Assembly (NCBI RefSeq): GCF_000186885.1
Contig: NC_014972.1
Coordinates: 2,280,001 to 2,312,000, forward strand
Source: Desulfobulbus propionicus DSM 2032
Lineage (GTDB): Bacteria > Desulfobacterota > Desulfobulbia > Desulfobulbales > Desulfobulbaceae
Direction of reading: 5' to 3'
Length of the DNA: 32,000 nucleotides
Below are positions 10,002 through 19,016 of the stretch, in pieces. The position numbers and the translations under genes were made by a program. Under the pieces are notes generated by a model. That model was not told where the DNA came from and did not search any database. It was given only the letters and a program-made list of their open reading frames with translations. The number at the start of each line of letters is the position of its first letter. The first letter of the stretch is position 1.

Positions 10002-11308
10002 TCGACGACGAAGAGTCGATCAGACGGCTGCTGCAGAAGGAATTGGCCAACAGCCGCCGCGAGATCCTGACCGCGGCCGATGGTGCCGAGGCCCTGGCCA
10101 TGATCCGCAACCACTGGTTTGACGTCATCATCATGGACCTATGGCTGCCCGATGTGTCCGATTTGGAGCTGTTGATCAAGATTCGGGAATCGATCCCCCA
10201 CATCGAGGTGATCATGATCACCGGTCACGGCGATGTCGATATCGCGGTGGAGGCGATGAAACTCGGGGCCTGCGATTTCATTCGCAAGCCGTTCAACCTC
10301 GACCGGCTCGATTTGATTGTGGAAAAGGCCCATCAGCGGGTTTTGCTGTCGCGGGAAAACGCTATGCTCCGCCACAGCACCGGCCAGGCACAGAATCAGG
10401 TGCGGTTCATCGGCAATTCCCAGGCCATCCGCGACATCCAGTTTCTGATCGACAAGGTCGCCCCGGCCAAGATTCCGGTACTGATCACCGGTGAATCGGG
10501 TGCCGGCAAGGATGTGGTCGCCCGGCTGATCCACCAGCGGTCCCCCTTGGCCGCCAATCCGATGATCGTCAAGAACTGCGCCACCCTGCAAAAGGAGCTG
10601 GCGCGCAGCGAGCTTTTCGGCCACATCAAGGGGTCGTTCACCGGAGCCAACGAATCGCGGGAGGGGTTGCTCTCCTTTGCCCACGACAGCACCCTGTTTC
10701 TCGATGAAATCGGCGAACTGCCGCTGGAAGTCCAGGCCTCGCTCCTGCGGGTCCTGGAAACCGGCACCTACCGCCGGGTGGGGGAAAAGGAGGAACGCAA
10801 AGTCAACATCCGTTTTCTGTTCGCCACCAACCGCCATCTGGCAGACGAGGTGGAAAAGGAACGGTTCAACGAGGCCTTCTACCACCGCATCAACGCCTTC
10901 AGCATCGAGATCCCCTCGCTCAGGCATCGCAAGGAAGATCTGCCGCTGCTGGTCGACTATTTCCTGACCACCCTCAGCCCGGACAACACCACCTACCATA
11001 TCGTTGAACGGGCCAAGGCCTGCATTCTGCGTTACAACTGGCCGGGGAACATCAGGGAACTGCGCAACGTGATCGAACGGTCGATCATTCTCGCGGAAAA
11101 TGGGATTATCACCGAACGCTGTCTGCCACGCGAACTGGTGGAATCTTCGGAAAGCAGCGGCGCCGCTCTGACCCTGGAGTCGGTGGAGCGGGAGCACATC
11201 CTCAAAATGCTCGATTTCTACGGCGGCAACCGGCAAAAAACCGCCGACACCCTGGGCATCAGTCGCAAAACGCTCTATCGCAAGCTGACCCAGTACGCCA
11301 TCGAGTAA
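9971..11308 (+). CDS. sigma-54-dependent response regulator (NtrC family: REC + AAA+ + Fis-type HTH)
   Basis: REC domain (ILVVDDEES, IIMDLWLPD). Walker A GESGAGKD. GAFTGA-type loop GSFTGA. Walker B FLDEIGEL. The C-terminal HTH matches QKTADTLGISRKTLYRKL. The start overlaps the kinase gene by 31 nt. Confidence 0.92.
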   Translation: MDKERYSILVVDDEESIRRLLQKELANSRREILTAADGAEALAMIRNHWFDVIIMDLWLPDVSDLELLIKIRESIPHIEVIMITGHGDVDIAVEAMKLGACDFIRKPFNLDRLDLIVEKAHQRVLLSRENAMLRHSTGQAQNQVRFIGNSQAIRDIQFLIDKVAPAKIPVLITGESGAGKDVVARLIHQRSPLAANPMIVKNCATLQKELARSELFGHIKGSFTGANESREGLLSFAHDSTLFLDEIGELPLEVQASLLRVLETGTYRRVGEKEERKVNIRFLFATNRHLADEVEKERFNEAFYHRINAFSIEIPSLRHRKEDLPLLVDYFLTTLSPDNTTYHIVERAKACILRYNWPGNIRELRNVIERSIILAENGIITERCLPRELVESSESSGAALTLESVEREHILKMLDFYGGNRQKTADTLGISRKTLYRKLTQYAIE

Positions 11309-11367
11309 CGACAGGATGGCCGGAGAGGAAAACGGGCGGCCGCCGCCGAGAGCGGATCAAGCGGTTT

Positions 11368-12480
11368 TCACGGCCGCACCAGCGCCCTGAAAAGGAAATC
11401 ATTGCCCAGCGGCTGGAGCGCCACATCCGCCAACCTGGGGGCCTGATCGCGCCTTGCAAGACTATAGCCGCTGACAAGTGGCGTTCCCTGATCGCCGACG
11501 ATGAAGGGGGCATAAAAGAGCAGGAGCTCGTCAACCAGCCGCTGGCCATACATGGCGCCGTGGATGCCGGCACCGCCCTCGACCAGCACGGAGGTCAGGT
11601 TCCGCGCCCCGAGCAAGCGAAGCATGGCGGGCAAATCCACTCGGCCATCCGCGCCAAGCGCCAGGCGAAGCACCCGCGCGCCAGCACGGACCAACTGTTC
11701 CTCGCGGTCGCTGGATGCCTCGGAGCCGCACACCACCCAGGTTTCCGCCGTTGACCGTTGGTGCAACATCCTGGCCTGAGGGGGCAGCCGCAAACAGGAA
11801 TCGAGCACGACGCGCACAGGATCACGGGTATCGGCTACACCTTCCAGCCGGGTGGTCAGGCTGGGGTCATCGATGATCGCTGTTTCCACCCCAATTAAAA
11901 TCGCATCGGTCTGATTGCGCAGTCGATGCACAAACCGCCACGATTCCTCGCCGGTCAGCGCCGCGCCTTGTCTGGATCGGAAGGTGATCTTGCCGTCGAG
12001 GCTTAATCCGGCCTTCATCATCACCCACGGCAAACCAGTGGTGCTGTGCTTGATGAAAGGATAATTCAACGCCCGGCAGGGCTGCTCAAGCACTCCGCTC
12101 ACGACCTCAAGGCCGCGCTGCCGCAGATAGGCGGCCCCCCCACCAGCCACCCGGGGGTTGGGATCAGCCATGCCGATGACTACCATGGCTATACCGGCAG
12201 CGAGAATGGCCTCGGTGCAGGGGGGAGTACGACCAGTGTGATTACAGGGCTCCAGGGTGACATAGATGGTTGCGCCTCTCGCTTGGGGACCAGCATCGGC
12301 AAGGGCATGGACTTCGGCGTGCGGCGTGCCGGCTCGATGATGATACCCCCGGCCGACCACTTTCCCGTCCTTGACCACCACCGCTCCTACCGCCGGATTG
12401 GGTGAGGTGCGGCCCAGGCCCTTCCGCGCCTCGGCCAGGGCCAGTTCCATGTACCACTCATGCCCATGCGCCATTGCCAT
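11368..12480 (-). CDS. ribD: bifunctional riboflavin biosynthesis deaminase/reductase RibD
   Basis: Deaminase motifs: PNPAVGAVVV, HAEVHAL, TLEPCNHTGRTPPC. The C-terminal reductase domain is present (LVEGGAGIHGA). Confidence 0.92.
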   Translation of the reverse strand: MAMAHGHEWYMELALAEARKGLGRTSPNPAVGAVVVKDGKVVGRGYHHRAGTPHAEVHALADAGPQARGATIYVTLEPCNHTGRTPPCTEAILAAGIAMVVIGMADPNPRVAGGGAAYLRQRGLEVVSGVLEQPCRALNYPFIKHSTTGLPWVMMKAGLSLDGKITFRSRQGAALTGEESWRFVHRLRNQTDAILIGVETAIIDDPSLTTRLEGVADTRDPVRVVLDSCLRLPPQARMLHQRSTAETWVVCGSEASSDREEQLVRAGARVLRLALGADGRVDLPAMLRLLGARNLTSVLVEGGAGIHGAMYGQRLVDELLLFYAPFIVGDQGTPLVSGYSLARRDQAPRLADVALQPLGNDFLFRALVRP

Positions 12481-12486
12481 GTCCCC

Positions 12487-12951
12487 TCAGTGTTTTCCCC
12501 GCTCGCCGAGAAACAGTTTCAGTTCGTCCATGAATTCGTTGACATCCTTGAACTGACGATAGACCGAGGCAAAACGCACATAGGCTACCTCGTCCAAGGC
12601 GGGCAGCGCCTCCATCACCCACTCGCCGATCTGGCTGGTGGGAATTTCCTTGCCACCGTAATCCTGCAACTTTTGTTCGATATTGTCGACAAAGGCGTCG
12701 ATATCGGTCATGCTGACCGCCAGCTTCTCGCAGGCCTTCTCCAATCCGGCGACGATTTTTCCCCGATCCCATGGCTCGCGTCGCCCGTCTTTTTTGATCA
12801 GCATCGGCAGCATCAACTCAATCCGCTCGTAGGTGGTGAAACGGCGCTGGCAGGCATCGCATTCCCGGCGGCGGCGGGTGATGGTTTTATCCTTACTGAT
12901 GCGGGAATCAATGACCCGACTGTCCAAATGACCGCAATACGGACACTTCAT
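12487..12951 (-). CDS. nrdR: transcriptional repressor NrdR (zinc ribbon + ATP-cone)
   Basis: [17 protein letters not shown]...[17 protein letters not shown] followed by an ATP-cone domain. It lies 6 nt upstream of ribD. Confidence 0.95.
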   Translation of the reverse strand: MKCPYCGHLDSRVIDSRISKDKTITRRRRECDACQRRFTTYERIELMLPMLIKKDGRREPWDRGKIVAGLEKACEKLAVSMTDIDAFVDNIEQKLQDYGGKEIPTSQIGEWVMEALPALDEVAYVRFASVYRQFKDVNEFMDELKLFLGERGKH

Positions 12952-12996
12952 GGTACCCCCACTCTGGATGATGGCAAAAGGCGGAGAATCGGCTGC

Positions 12997-13036
12997 AAAA
13001 AAAAACCGGCAGCCTTGTATTCAAGCCTACCGGTTT
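12997..13036 (-). terminator. intrinsic terminator downstream of rpiB
   Basis: The minus strand reads AACCGG-uagg-CUUG-aaua-CAAG-gcug-CCGGUU followed by a U-tract (9 A's on the plus strand at 12997-13005, the two proximal ones shared with the outer stem). Confidence 0.6.
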
Positions 13037-13063
13037 GTCGAGAACATGCTGACAGAGGAATGC

Positions 13064-13489
13064 TCACCCCATCATGGTGATCCTTCTCAGGTGACGGCCT
13101 CCGGCGAATTCGGTCTCGAGCCAAACCTTGACAATGTCCAGGGCAATGGAACGACCCAAGACCCTGGCCCCCAAACAGAGGACGTTGGCATCGTTGTGTT
13201 CACGGCTGAGTCTCGCGGTGACCGCCTCGTGACAGAGTGCAGCCCGGATATGGCGATGCCGGTTGGCGGCGATCGACATACCAATTCCCGTACCGCAAAT
13301 GAGAATGCCACGGGTGGAGGTTCCTTCCTTGATCGCCGCGCACACTTTGTCGGCAAAAACGGGATAATCCACCGATTCAGGCGAAAAGCAGCCGACATCA
13401 TTGACCGTGTGGCCGGCTTGTTCAAGCAACGAGACAATCTCCTGCTTCAACTCCAATCCGCCATGATCACATCCCAGGACAATATTCAT
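13064..13489 (-). CDS. rpiB: ribose-5-phosphate isomerase B
   Basis: MNIVLGCDHGG, ILICGTGIGMSIAANR, NDANVLCLGARV, and 141 aa in length. Confidence 0.92.
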   Translation of the reverse strand: MNIVLGCDHGGLELKQEIVSLLEQAGHTVNDVGCFSPESVDYPVFADKVCAAIKEGTSTRGILICGTGIGMSIAANRHRHIRAALCHEAVTARLSREHNDANVLCLGARVLGRSIALDIVKVWLETEFAGGRHLRRITMMG

Positions 13490-13512
13490 CAGCTGCCTCC
13501 TGTTCGCCGTTG

Positions 13513-14751
13513 TTAAGCGTAACGCCGAAAGATGACCACGCCGTTGGTACCGCCAAAGCCAAAAGAGTTGGACATGGCGGTTTCAAAGCGGGTTTCCCGT
13601 GCCGTCAATGGCACATAATCGAGATCGCAGTCCGGATCAGGATTGTGCAGGTTGGCGGTCGGGGGAATGATGCCATGGTGCAGGGCGAGGACGGTGAAAG
13701 CCGCCTCGATACCGCCCGCCGCCCCCAGCATGTGGCCGGTCATTGACTTGGTGGAACTGACCGCCAGTTGATGGGCATGGGCTCCAAAAACGGTTTTGAT
13801 GGCCAGGGTCTCGCACTTGTCGTTGAGCGGAGTGGAGGTCCCATGGGCGTTGATATAGTCGATGTCTTCGGGGTTCAGGCGGGCATCCCGCAGGGCAGCT
13901 GCCATGCACCGAGCCGCTCCCTCGCCATTTTCAGGCGGAGCGGCGATGTGATAGGCATCACTGCTCTGGCCATAGCCGATGATCTCGGCATAGATGGTCG
14001 CGCCCCGTCGTTTGGCGGCTTCCAGCTCCTCAAACACCATCATCCCCGCGCCTTCGGAGATGACAAAGCCATCGCGGTCCCGGTCAAAAGGCCGCGAAGC
14101 GGTGGTCGGATCGTCGTTGCGGGTCGACAGGGCCTTCATGGCACTGAATCCGCCAACGGCAAGGGGGCAGATGACCGATTCCGTCCCGCCGGTGATGGCC
14201 ACGTCGCAATCGCCATAGGCAATGTGACGGAAGGCCTCGCCGACCGCATGGGTGCCGGCGGCACAAGCGGTGGTTTGGGTCAGATTGGGCCCCTTGCAGC
14301 CGATGCGCATGGAAATATGCCCGGAAGGCATATTGGGAATGACCCTGGGAATAAAGAACGGAGTGATCTTGCGTGGCCCCTTGTTCATCATAACCCCGTG
14401 GTATTCCTCGATGGTGGGCAGACCGCCCATACCGCAGCCAGTAATCACCCCGACCCGATCGACATTTTCCTCGTTGATCGACAGGCCGCTGTTTTTCCAG
14501 GCAATGTCCGCAGCAGCCACCGCATATTGCACAAAGGCATCGAGATTTTTTGCCTGTTTTTTTTCAAACCACACCTCAGGATCAAAATCCTTGACCTCGG
14601 CGGCTATCTGCGAGGCCTGATCAGAGGCATCGAAGCGGGTGATCGGTCCGATCCCGCTCTGCCCGTTGATCAGCGCGTTCCACGTCTGCTCGGTACCGAT
14701 ACCGAGCGGCGTGATCAAGCCAATTCCTGTTACAACGACCCGTCGTTTCAC
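13513..14751 (-). CDS. fabF: 3-oxoacyl-ACP synthase II
   Basis: KAS II blocks: [15 protein letters not shown], active-site [30 protein letters not shown] chose the GTG start at 14751, preceded by GGAGCGGGAGAG. The track ORF runs to 14847 and would overlap acpP. Confidence 0.92.
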   Translation of the reverse strand: MKRRVVVTGIGLITPLGIGTEQTWNALINGQSGIGPITRFDASDQASQIAAEVKDFDPEVWFEKKQAKNLDAFVQYAVAAADIAWKNSGLSINEENVDRVGVITGCGMGGLPTIEEYHGVMMNKGPRKITPFFIPRVIPNMPSGHISMRIGCKGPNLTQTTACAAGTHAVGEAFRHIAYGDCDVAITGGTESVICPLAVGGFSAMKALSTRNDDPTTASRPFDRDRDGFVISEGAGMMVFEELEAAKRRGATIYAEIIGYGQSSDAYHIAAPPENGEGAARCMAAALRDARLNPEDIDYINAHGTSTPLNDKCETLAIKTVFGAHAHQLAVSSTKSMTGHMLGAAGGIEAAFTVLALHHGIIPPTANLHNPDPDCDLDYVPLTARETRFETAMSNSFGFGGTNGVVIFRRYA

Positions 14752-14767
14752 GCTCTCCCGCTCCGTA

Positions 14768-15001
14768 TCAGCCTTGAATCTTGGCCACGAAATCGATGGC
14801 ATTCTGCACGGTGACGATCTTCTCGGCCTCTTCGTCGGGGATTTCAACGTCGAATTCCTCTTCCATGGCCATGATCAGTTCGACCAGATCCAGGGAATCG
14901 GCTCCGAGGTCATCGACAAAGGATGCGCCCGGAACAACTTTGTCACGATCAACACTGAGTTGCTCGACGATGATATCAATCATTTTATCTTCAACGGCCA
15001 T
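14768..15001 (-). CDS. acpP: acyl carrier protein
   Basis: [19 protein letters not shown] carries the phosphopantetheine Ser (DSLD). ATG 15001 is preceded by GAGGAG. Confidence 0.95.
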   Translation of the reverse strand: MAVEDKMIDIIVEQLSVDRDKVVPGASFVDDLGADSLDLVELIMAMEEEFDVEIPDEEAEKIVTVQNAIDFVAKIQG

Positions 15002-15080
15002 TGTTATTCTCCTCAAAATTGTCTTGTTGTTGTTTTGTTAAAAACGATGCTCGAATATGTAGATACTCGGGCATTCCTTG

Positions 15081-15830
15081 TCAATGTCCCATATACATTC
15101 CGCCATTGACATGCAGGGTCTGACCAGTAATGTAGTTACTGTCAGGCGAGGCCAGAAAGCCCACCGAGGCGGCAACATCCTCCGGCGTTCCCAAGGTTCC
15201 CATGGGAATCTGGGCCTTGAGCGCTTCCTGAACATCTTCGGTGAGGCCATCGGTCATGTCGGTGACGATATATCCGGGAGCCACGCAATTGACGGTGATG
15301 TTCCGCCCCGCCAACTCCCTCGCCATGGATTTGGTCAGTCCCGCCAGGCCAGCCTTGGCCGCGCCGTAGTTGACCTGCCCGCTGTTGCCGACAAATCCGA
15401 CCACCGACGACACATTGATGATTCGTCCCCACCGTTTTTTCATCATGGCGCGCATCACTGCCTTACTGCAGAGAAACGCCCCTTTCAGATTGGTATCCAA
15501 CACGCTGTCCCAGTCGTCTTCCTTCATGCGTGCCATCAAGCCATCGCGGGTAATGCCCGCATTGTTGACCAGGATATCGATCTGGCCATGTGTCGCGATA
15601 ATTTCCTTGATTTGTTCCTGAACCGCTTGCGCATCGGCCACATCAAATCGGACGGTAAAGCCCTTGCCGCCCACGGCCTCGACCTGCCGGAGGGTTTCTT
15701 CGGCCGCCGCCGGATTCGCAACGTAATTGATGCCGACCGTGGCCCCCATGGCGGCGAGTTTCAGGCAAATGGCTCGACCGATCCCGCGGCTGCCGCCGGT
15801 CACGAGGGCAATCATCTTTTCCAGTATCAT
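15081..15830 (-). CDS. fabG: 3-oxoacyl-ACP reductase
   Basis: SDR motifs: TGGSRGIGRA, NNAGI, YGAAKAG. Typical FabG C-terminus GQTLHVNGGMYM. The start ATG overlaps the etfA stop (ATGA). Confidence 0.9.
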   Translation of the reverse strand: MILEKMIALVTGGSRGIGRAICLKLAAMGATVGINYVANPAAAEETLRQVEAVGGKGFTVRFDVADAQAVQEQIKEIIATHGQIDILVNNAGITRDGLMARMKEDDWDSVLDTNLKGAFLCSKAVMRAMMKKRWGRIINVSSVVGFVGNSGQVNYGAAKAGLAGLTKSMARELAGRNITVNCVAPGYIVTDMTDGLTEDVQEALKAQIPMGTLGTPEDVAASVGFLASPDSNYITGQTLHVNGGMYMGH

Positions 15831-17017
15831 TTCTTCATCTCCTGCAACCGCTGAATCAAACGCGGCACCACTTCATACAGATCACCGACCACCCCATAGG
15901 TGGCTATATCAAAAATGGGTGCACTCTTGTCTTTGTTGATCGCCACCACGATCTCTGCCGATTGCATGCCCACGGCGTGCTGCACAGCCCCGGAAATACC
16001 GCAGGCAATGTAGAGCTTGGGGCTGACCGTCTTACCAGTCTGCCCCACTTGATGGGGATAGGGGATCCAACCAGCATCCACCGCGGCCCTGGAAGCGGCG
16101 ACGGCGCCTCCCAGTTCGTTCGCCAGTTCACGGATCAGGGCAAAGCCCTTGGCCGAATCGAGTCCGCGTCCGCCAGCCACCAGCGCTTCGACCTCCTGAA
16201 TATTGACCTGATCATCGGTGTTGATCACTGTCTCGAGCACTTCAATCTTCGACTGGAGTAACCGCTCGGGAATTTGCATCACGACCACCTCCCCGCGACG
16301 CGTTGGGTCGGGCTCGGCAGGTGCCATCACCTTGGGCCGCACCGTGGCCATCTGTGGCCGAGTGTGGGGGCACTCAATGGTTGCCATGATATTGCCGCCA
16401 AAGGAGGGCCGGGTCTGCAGCAACATGCCGTCGGATTCCCTGATTTCCAGCCGAGTGCAATCGGCGGTGAGTCCCGCATCGATGGCGTTCGCCACATAGG
16501 GGATGACTGAACGGCCGATGGCGGTCGCTCCGGCGAGCACCACTTCGGGCTTTTGCTCCCGGATCACCTGCTCCAGAATACCGGCGTAAACATCTTCGCG
16601 AAACTGTTCCAACAGCGGATGTTCGGCAAGAAACACCCGGTCTGCGCCGGCAGCTATCAGATCCTGGGCCAGCGAGGCGACCGCGCCTCCGGGAAGCACG
16701 GCACTAAGCGTGGTTCCGCGCTGCTCGGCAAGTTTCCGGCCAATGCCGAGCAACTCATAGCTGACCTGCGCCACTTTGCCATGACGATATTCAGCAAACA
16801 CCAAAATGCCCGAATAGTCGTTGATGTCGGCCCGAACCCGCTTCTCCGCAGTTTCAATCCTCAATGCCCCGACCGGACAGTTTTCAACACAAGCCCCGCA
16901 CAGTGTGCAGGATTCATTGACCACGGCACAGTCGACCTCGACGCTGATCGCTCCAAAGGCGCAACTTGTTTCACAGATGCCGCAGGCAGTGCATTTCTCG
17001 CTATCGATAATCAGCAT
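15827..17017 (-). CDS. etfA: electron transfer flavoprotein alpha subunit with N-terminal 2x[4Fe-4S] ferredoxin domain
   Basis: The N-terminus has two CxxCxxCxxxC(P) motifs (CTACGICETSC, CTLCGACVENCP). The rest is EtfA-like: VAGGRGL, AVDAGW, QVGQTGKTVSPKLYIACGISGAVQH. I chose ATG 17017 because the track ORF to 17206 would overlap etfB. Confidence 0.88.
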   Translation of the reverse strand: MLIIDSEKCTACGICETSCAFGAISVEVDCAVVNESCTLCGACVENCPVGALRIETAEKRVRADINDYSGILVFAEYRHGKVAQVSYELLGIGRKLAEQRGTTLSAVLPGGAVASLAQDLIAAGADRVFLAEHPLLEQFREDVYAGILEQVIREQKPEVVLAGATAIGRSVIPYVANAIDAGLTADCTRLEIRESDGMLLQTRPSFGGNIMATIECPHTRPQMATVRPKVMAPAEPDPTRRGEVVVMQIPERLLQSKIEVLETVINTDDQVNIQEVEALVAGGRGLDSAKGFALIRELANELGGAVAASRAAVDAGWIPYPHQVGQTGKTVSPKLYIACGISGAVQHAVGMQSAEIVVAINKDKSAPIFDIATYGVVGDLYEVVPRLIQRLQEMKK

Positions 17018-17054
17018 GGGAACAATCCGGTTGAAATCACGGGGTGAAAGACGA

Positions 17055-17834
17055 TCACAGATGCGCCTTGAGGCACGCGACCAGTTGGTCGACCTGCTCT
17101 TCAACGCTTCCTGTAAAAATTTTGCGATTGCCCTTGGGCTCCGGCGCGAACACCCGGACCACCTGCGTCGGGGAACCGGCCAGACCGATGCACTGCGGGT
17201 CAGCACCGATATCTGAGGCGGAAAAGCACTTGATTGCCGCTTTTTTCGCTTTCATCTTCCCTTTCAGCGAAGCCACACGCGGCTGGTTGATATCCTTGAC
17301 CACGGTCATCAGGGCCGGCAGAGGCAGGCGGACGACATCAAACCCATCGTCCATCATCCGTTCCACTTCGATAACCCCATCGCCAACCGTACGCGTCTTC
17401 TGAATACAGGTAGCGTACGGCACCTGAAGTCGGTGGGCCAGTCCCGGCCCCACCTGGGCGGTATCGCCGTCGATCGCCTGCTTGCCGCAGAGAACGAGAT
17501 CAAAGGGGCCGATAGCCTCTATGGCCTTGGCCAAGGTGTAAGAGGTCGCCCACGTATCGGCCCCGGCAAAGGCACGGTCTGAAACCAGCACTCCTTCATC
17601 GGCTCCACAGGCGATGGCCTCACGCAACACCGCCTCGGCCTGCGGTGGCCCCATGGTCAAAACGGTTACGGCGCCTCCCAGCTGCTCCTTGATGGCCACC
17701 GCCTCTTCCAGGGCATGGCGATCATAAGGGTTCATGATCGACTCCACTCCCTCCCGGGCCAGGGTGTTGGTTTTCGGATCGAGACGAACGTCCTTGGCGT
17801 CCGGAACCTGTTTGACACAGACGATAATCTTCAT
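17055..17834 (-). CDS. etfB: electron transfer flavoprotein beta subunit
   Basis: MKIIVCVKQVPD, NPYDRHALEEA, CGKQAIDGDTAQVGP. Confidence 0.9.
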   Translation of the reverse strand: MKIIVCVKQVPDAKDVRLDPKTNTLAREGVESIMNPYDRHALEEAVAIKEQLGGAVTVLTMGPPQAEAVLREAIACGADEGVLVSDRAFAGADTWATSYTLAKAIEAIGPFDLVLCGKQAIDGDTAQVGPGLAHRLQVPYATCIQKTRTVGDGVIEVERMMDDGFDVVRLPLPALMTVVKDINQPRVASLKGKMKAKKAAIKCFSASDIGADPQCIGLAGSPTQVVRVFAPEPKGNRKIFTGSVEEQVDQLVACLKAHL

Positions 17835-17848
17835 GCGTTGTCCTGCTC

Positions 17849-18997
17849 TCAGGCGTATTCCTTGTTCAATTCCTGGCCAACGACATTGCGCTGAATCTGG
17901 TTGGTGCCTTCATAAATTTGAAGGATCTTGGCATCGCGCATCATCTTCTCCACCGGATACTCTTTCATGTAGCCGTATCCACCCAACACCTGAACCGCAT
18001 CGGTGGTGACTTTCATGGCCATATCGGTGGCAAAGACCTTGCACATGGACGAGACCTTGGACATATCCTTGGGATGCTTGTCGATGTGCTTTGCCGCCGC
18101 GTAAACCAACGATCGGGCTGCCTCCAGCTGGATGGCCATGTCGGCCAGGATGTGTTGCACGGCCTGAAAGGATATGATCGGTTTGGCGAACTGAACGCGT
18201 TGCTTGGCATAGGTGACCGCTTCATCAAGCGCTGCCTGGGCAAGGCCGACACCTAGGGAGGCGATCCCTGGCCGCGACATGTCCAGGGTCTTCATCACGG
18301 TGATGAACCCGGTTCCCCGCTTGCCTACCAGTCGATCCTTGGGAATACGGCAATCCTTGAGAATCAATTCCCGGGTGGCCGAGGCCCGGATGCCCATCTT
18401 GTCTTCCTTCTTGCCATAGGAAAATCCCGGATCCCCGTCCTCGACCACGAAAATGGAGGCTCCGCGCGCGCCCTTGTTGGGGTCGGTCAAGGCAACAATG
18501 GTGTAGATCTGTGATTCGCCGCCATTGGTGATCCATTGTTTGGTCCCGTTCAGCACCCACTCATCGCCATCCAAAACCGCGGTGGTGCGGATGCCGGAGG
18601 CATCACTGCCGGCATTGGCCTCGGTCAGACCAAAGGCGGCCCAGCGGGATCCGCTGGCGATATCGGGCATGTATTTCTGTTTCTGCTCTTCACTGCCGGC
18701 AATCAGCACCGGAAAGATGCCCAAAGCGCTGGCGGCAAAGCTGGTGGCCACACCAACGCATCCCCGGGCCAATTCTTCCAGGGCCAGGACAACCTCAAAA
18801 CAACCGCCGCCAAACCCGCCATATTCCTCGGGAACAAATATGCTGAACAGATCCGCCTTGGCGATATCCTTTAATATTTCGCGGGGAAACTGGTTTTTTT
18901 CATCAAGTTCGGCCCGAACCGGAATAATCTTTTCATTGGTGATTTCCCGGGCGGTATCAACGATCATCTGCTGCTGTTCAGTGAGAAAATAATCCAC
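17849..18997 (-). CDS. acyl-CoA dehydrogenase (short-chain/butyryl-CoA dehydrogenase-like)
   Basis: ACAD blocks: GLTEANAGSDASG, KQWITNGG, and the catalytic-base region ILQIYEGTNQIQR. GTG start at 18997 is preceded by AAGGAGAG and gives the family-typical N-terminus (V)DYFLTEQQQM. The track ORF to 19078 would overlap fabH. Confidence 0.88.
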   Translation of the reverse strand: MDYFLTEQQQMIVDTAREITNEKIIPVRAELDEKNQFPREILKDIAKADLFSIFVPEEYGGFGGGCFEVVLALEELARGCVGVATSFAASALGIFPVLIAGSEEQKQKYMPDIASGSRWAAFGLTEANAGSDASGIRTTAVLDGDEWVLNGTKQWITNGGESQIYTIVALTDPNKGARGASIFVVEDGDPGFSYGKKEDKMGIRASATRELILKDCRIPKDRLVGKRGTGFITVMKTLDMSRPGIASLGVGLAQAALDEAVTYAKQRVQFAKPIISFQAVQHILADMAIQLEAARSLVYAAAKHIDKHPKDMSKVSSMCKVFATDMAMKVTTDAVQVLGGYGYMKEYPVEKMMRDAKILQIYEGTNQIQRNVVGQELNKEYA

Positions 18998-19016
18998 AAA
19001 GACTCTCCTTGGTGTC

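Noticed and set aside
14752-14847. Extended N-termini given by the ORF track for fabF (to 14847), acyl-CoA dehydrogenase (to 19078), fabH (to 20108), etfA (to 17206), rpmF (to 21245), acpP (to 15016) and the membrane kinase (to 31947)
   Set aside because: The extensions overlap the upstream gene, lack SD sequences and add Arg/Pro/Ser-rich sequence not found in the families. Internal starts with good SDs reproduce canonical N-termini.
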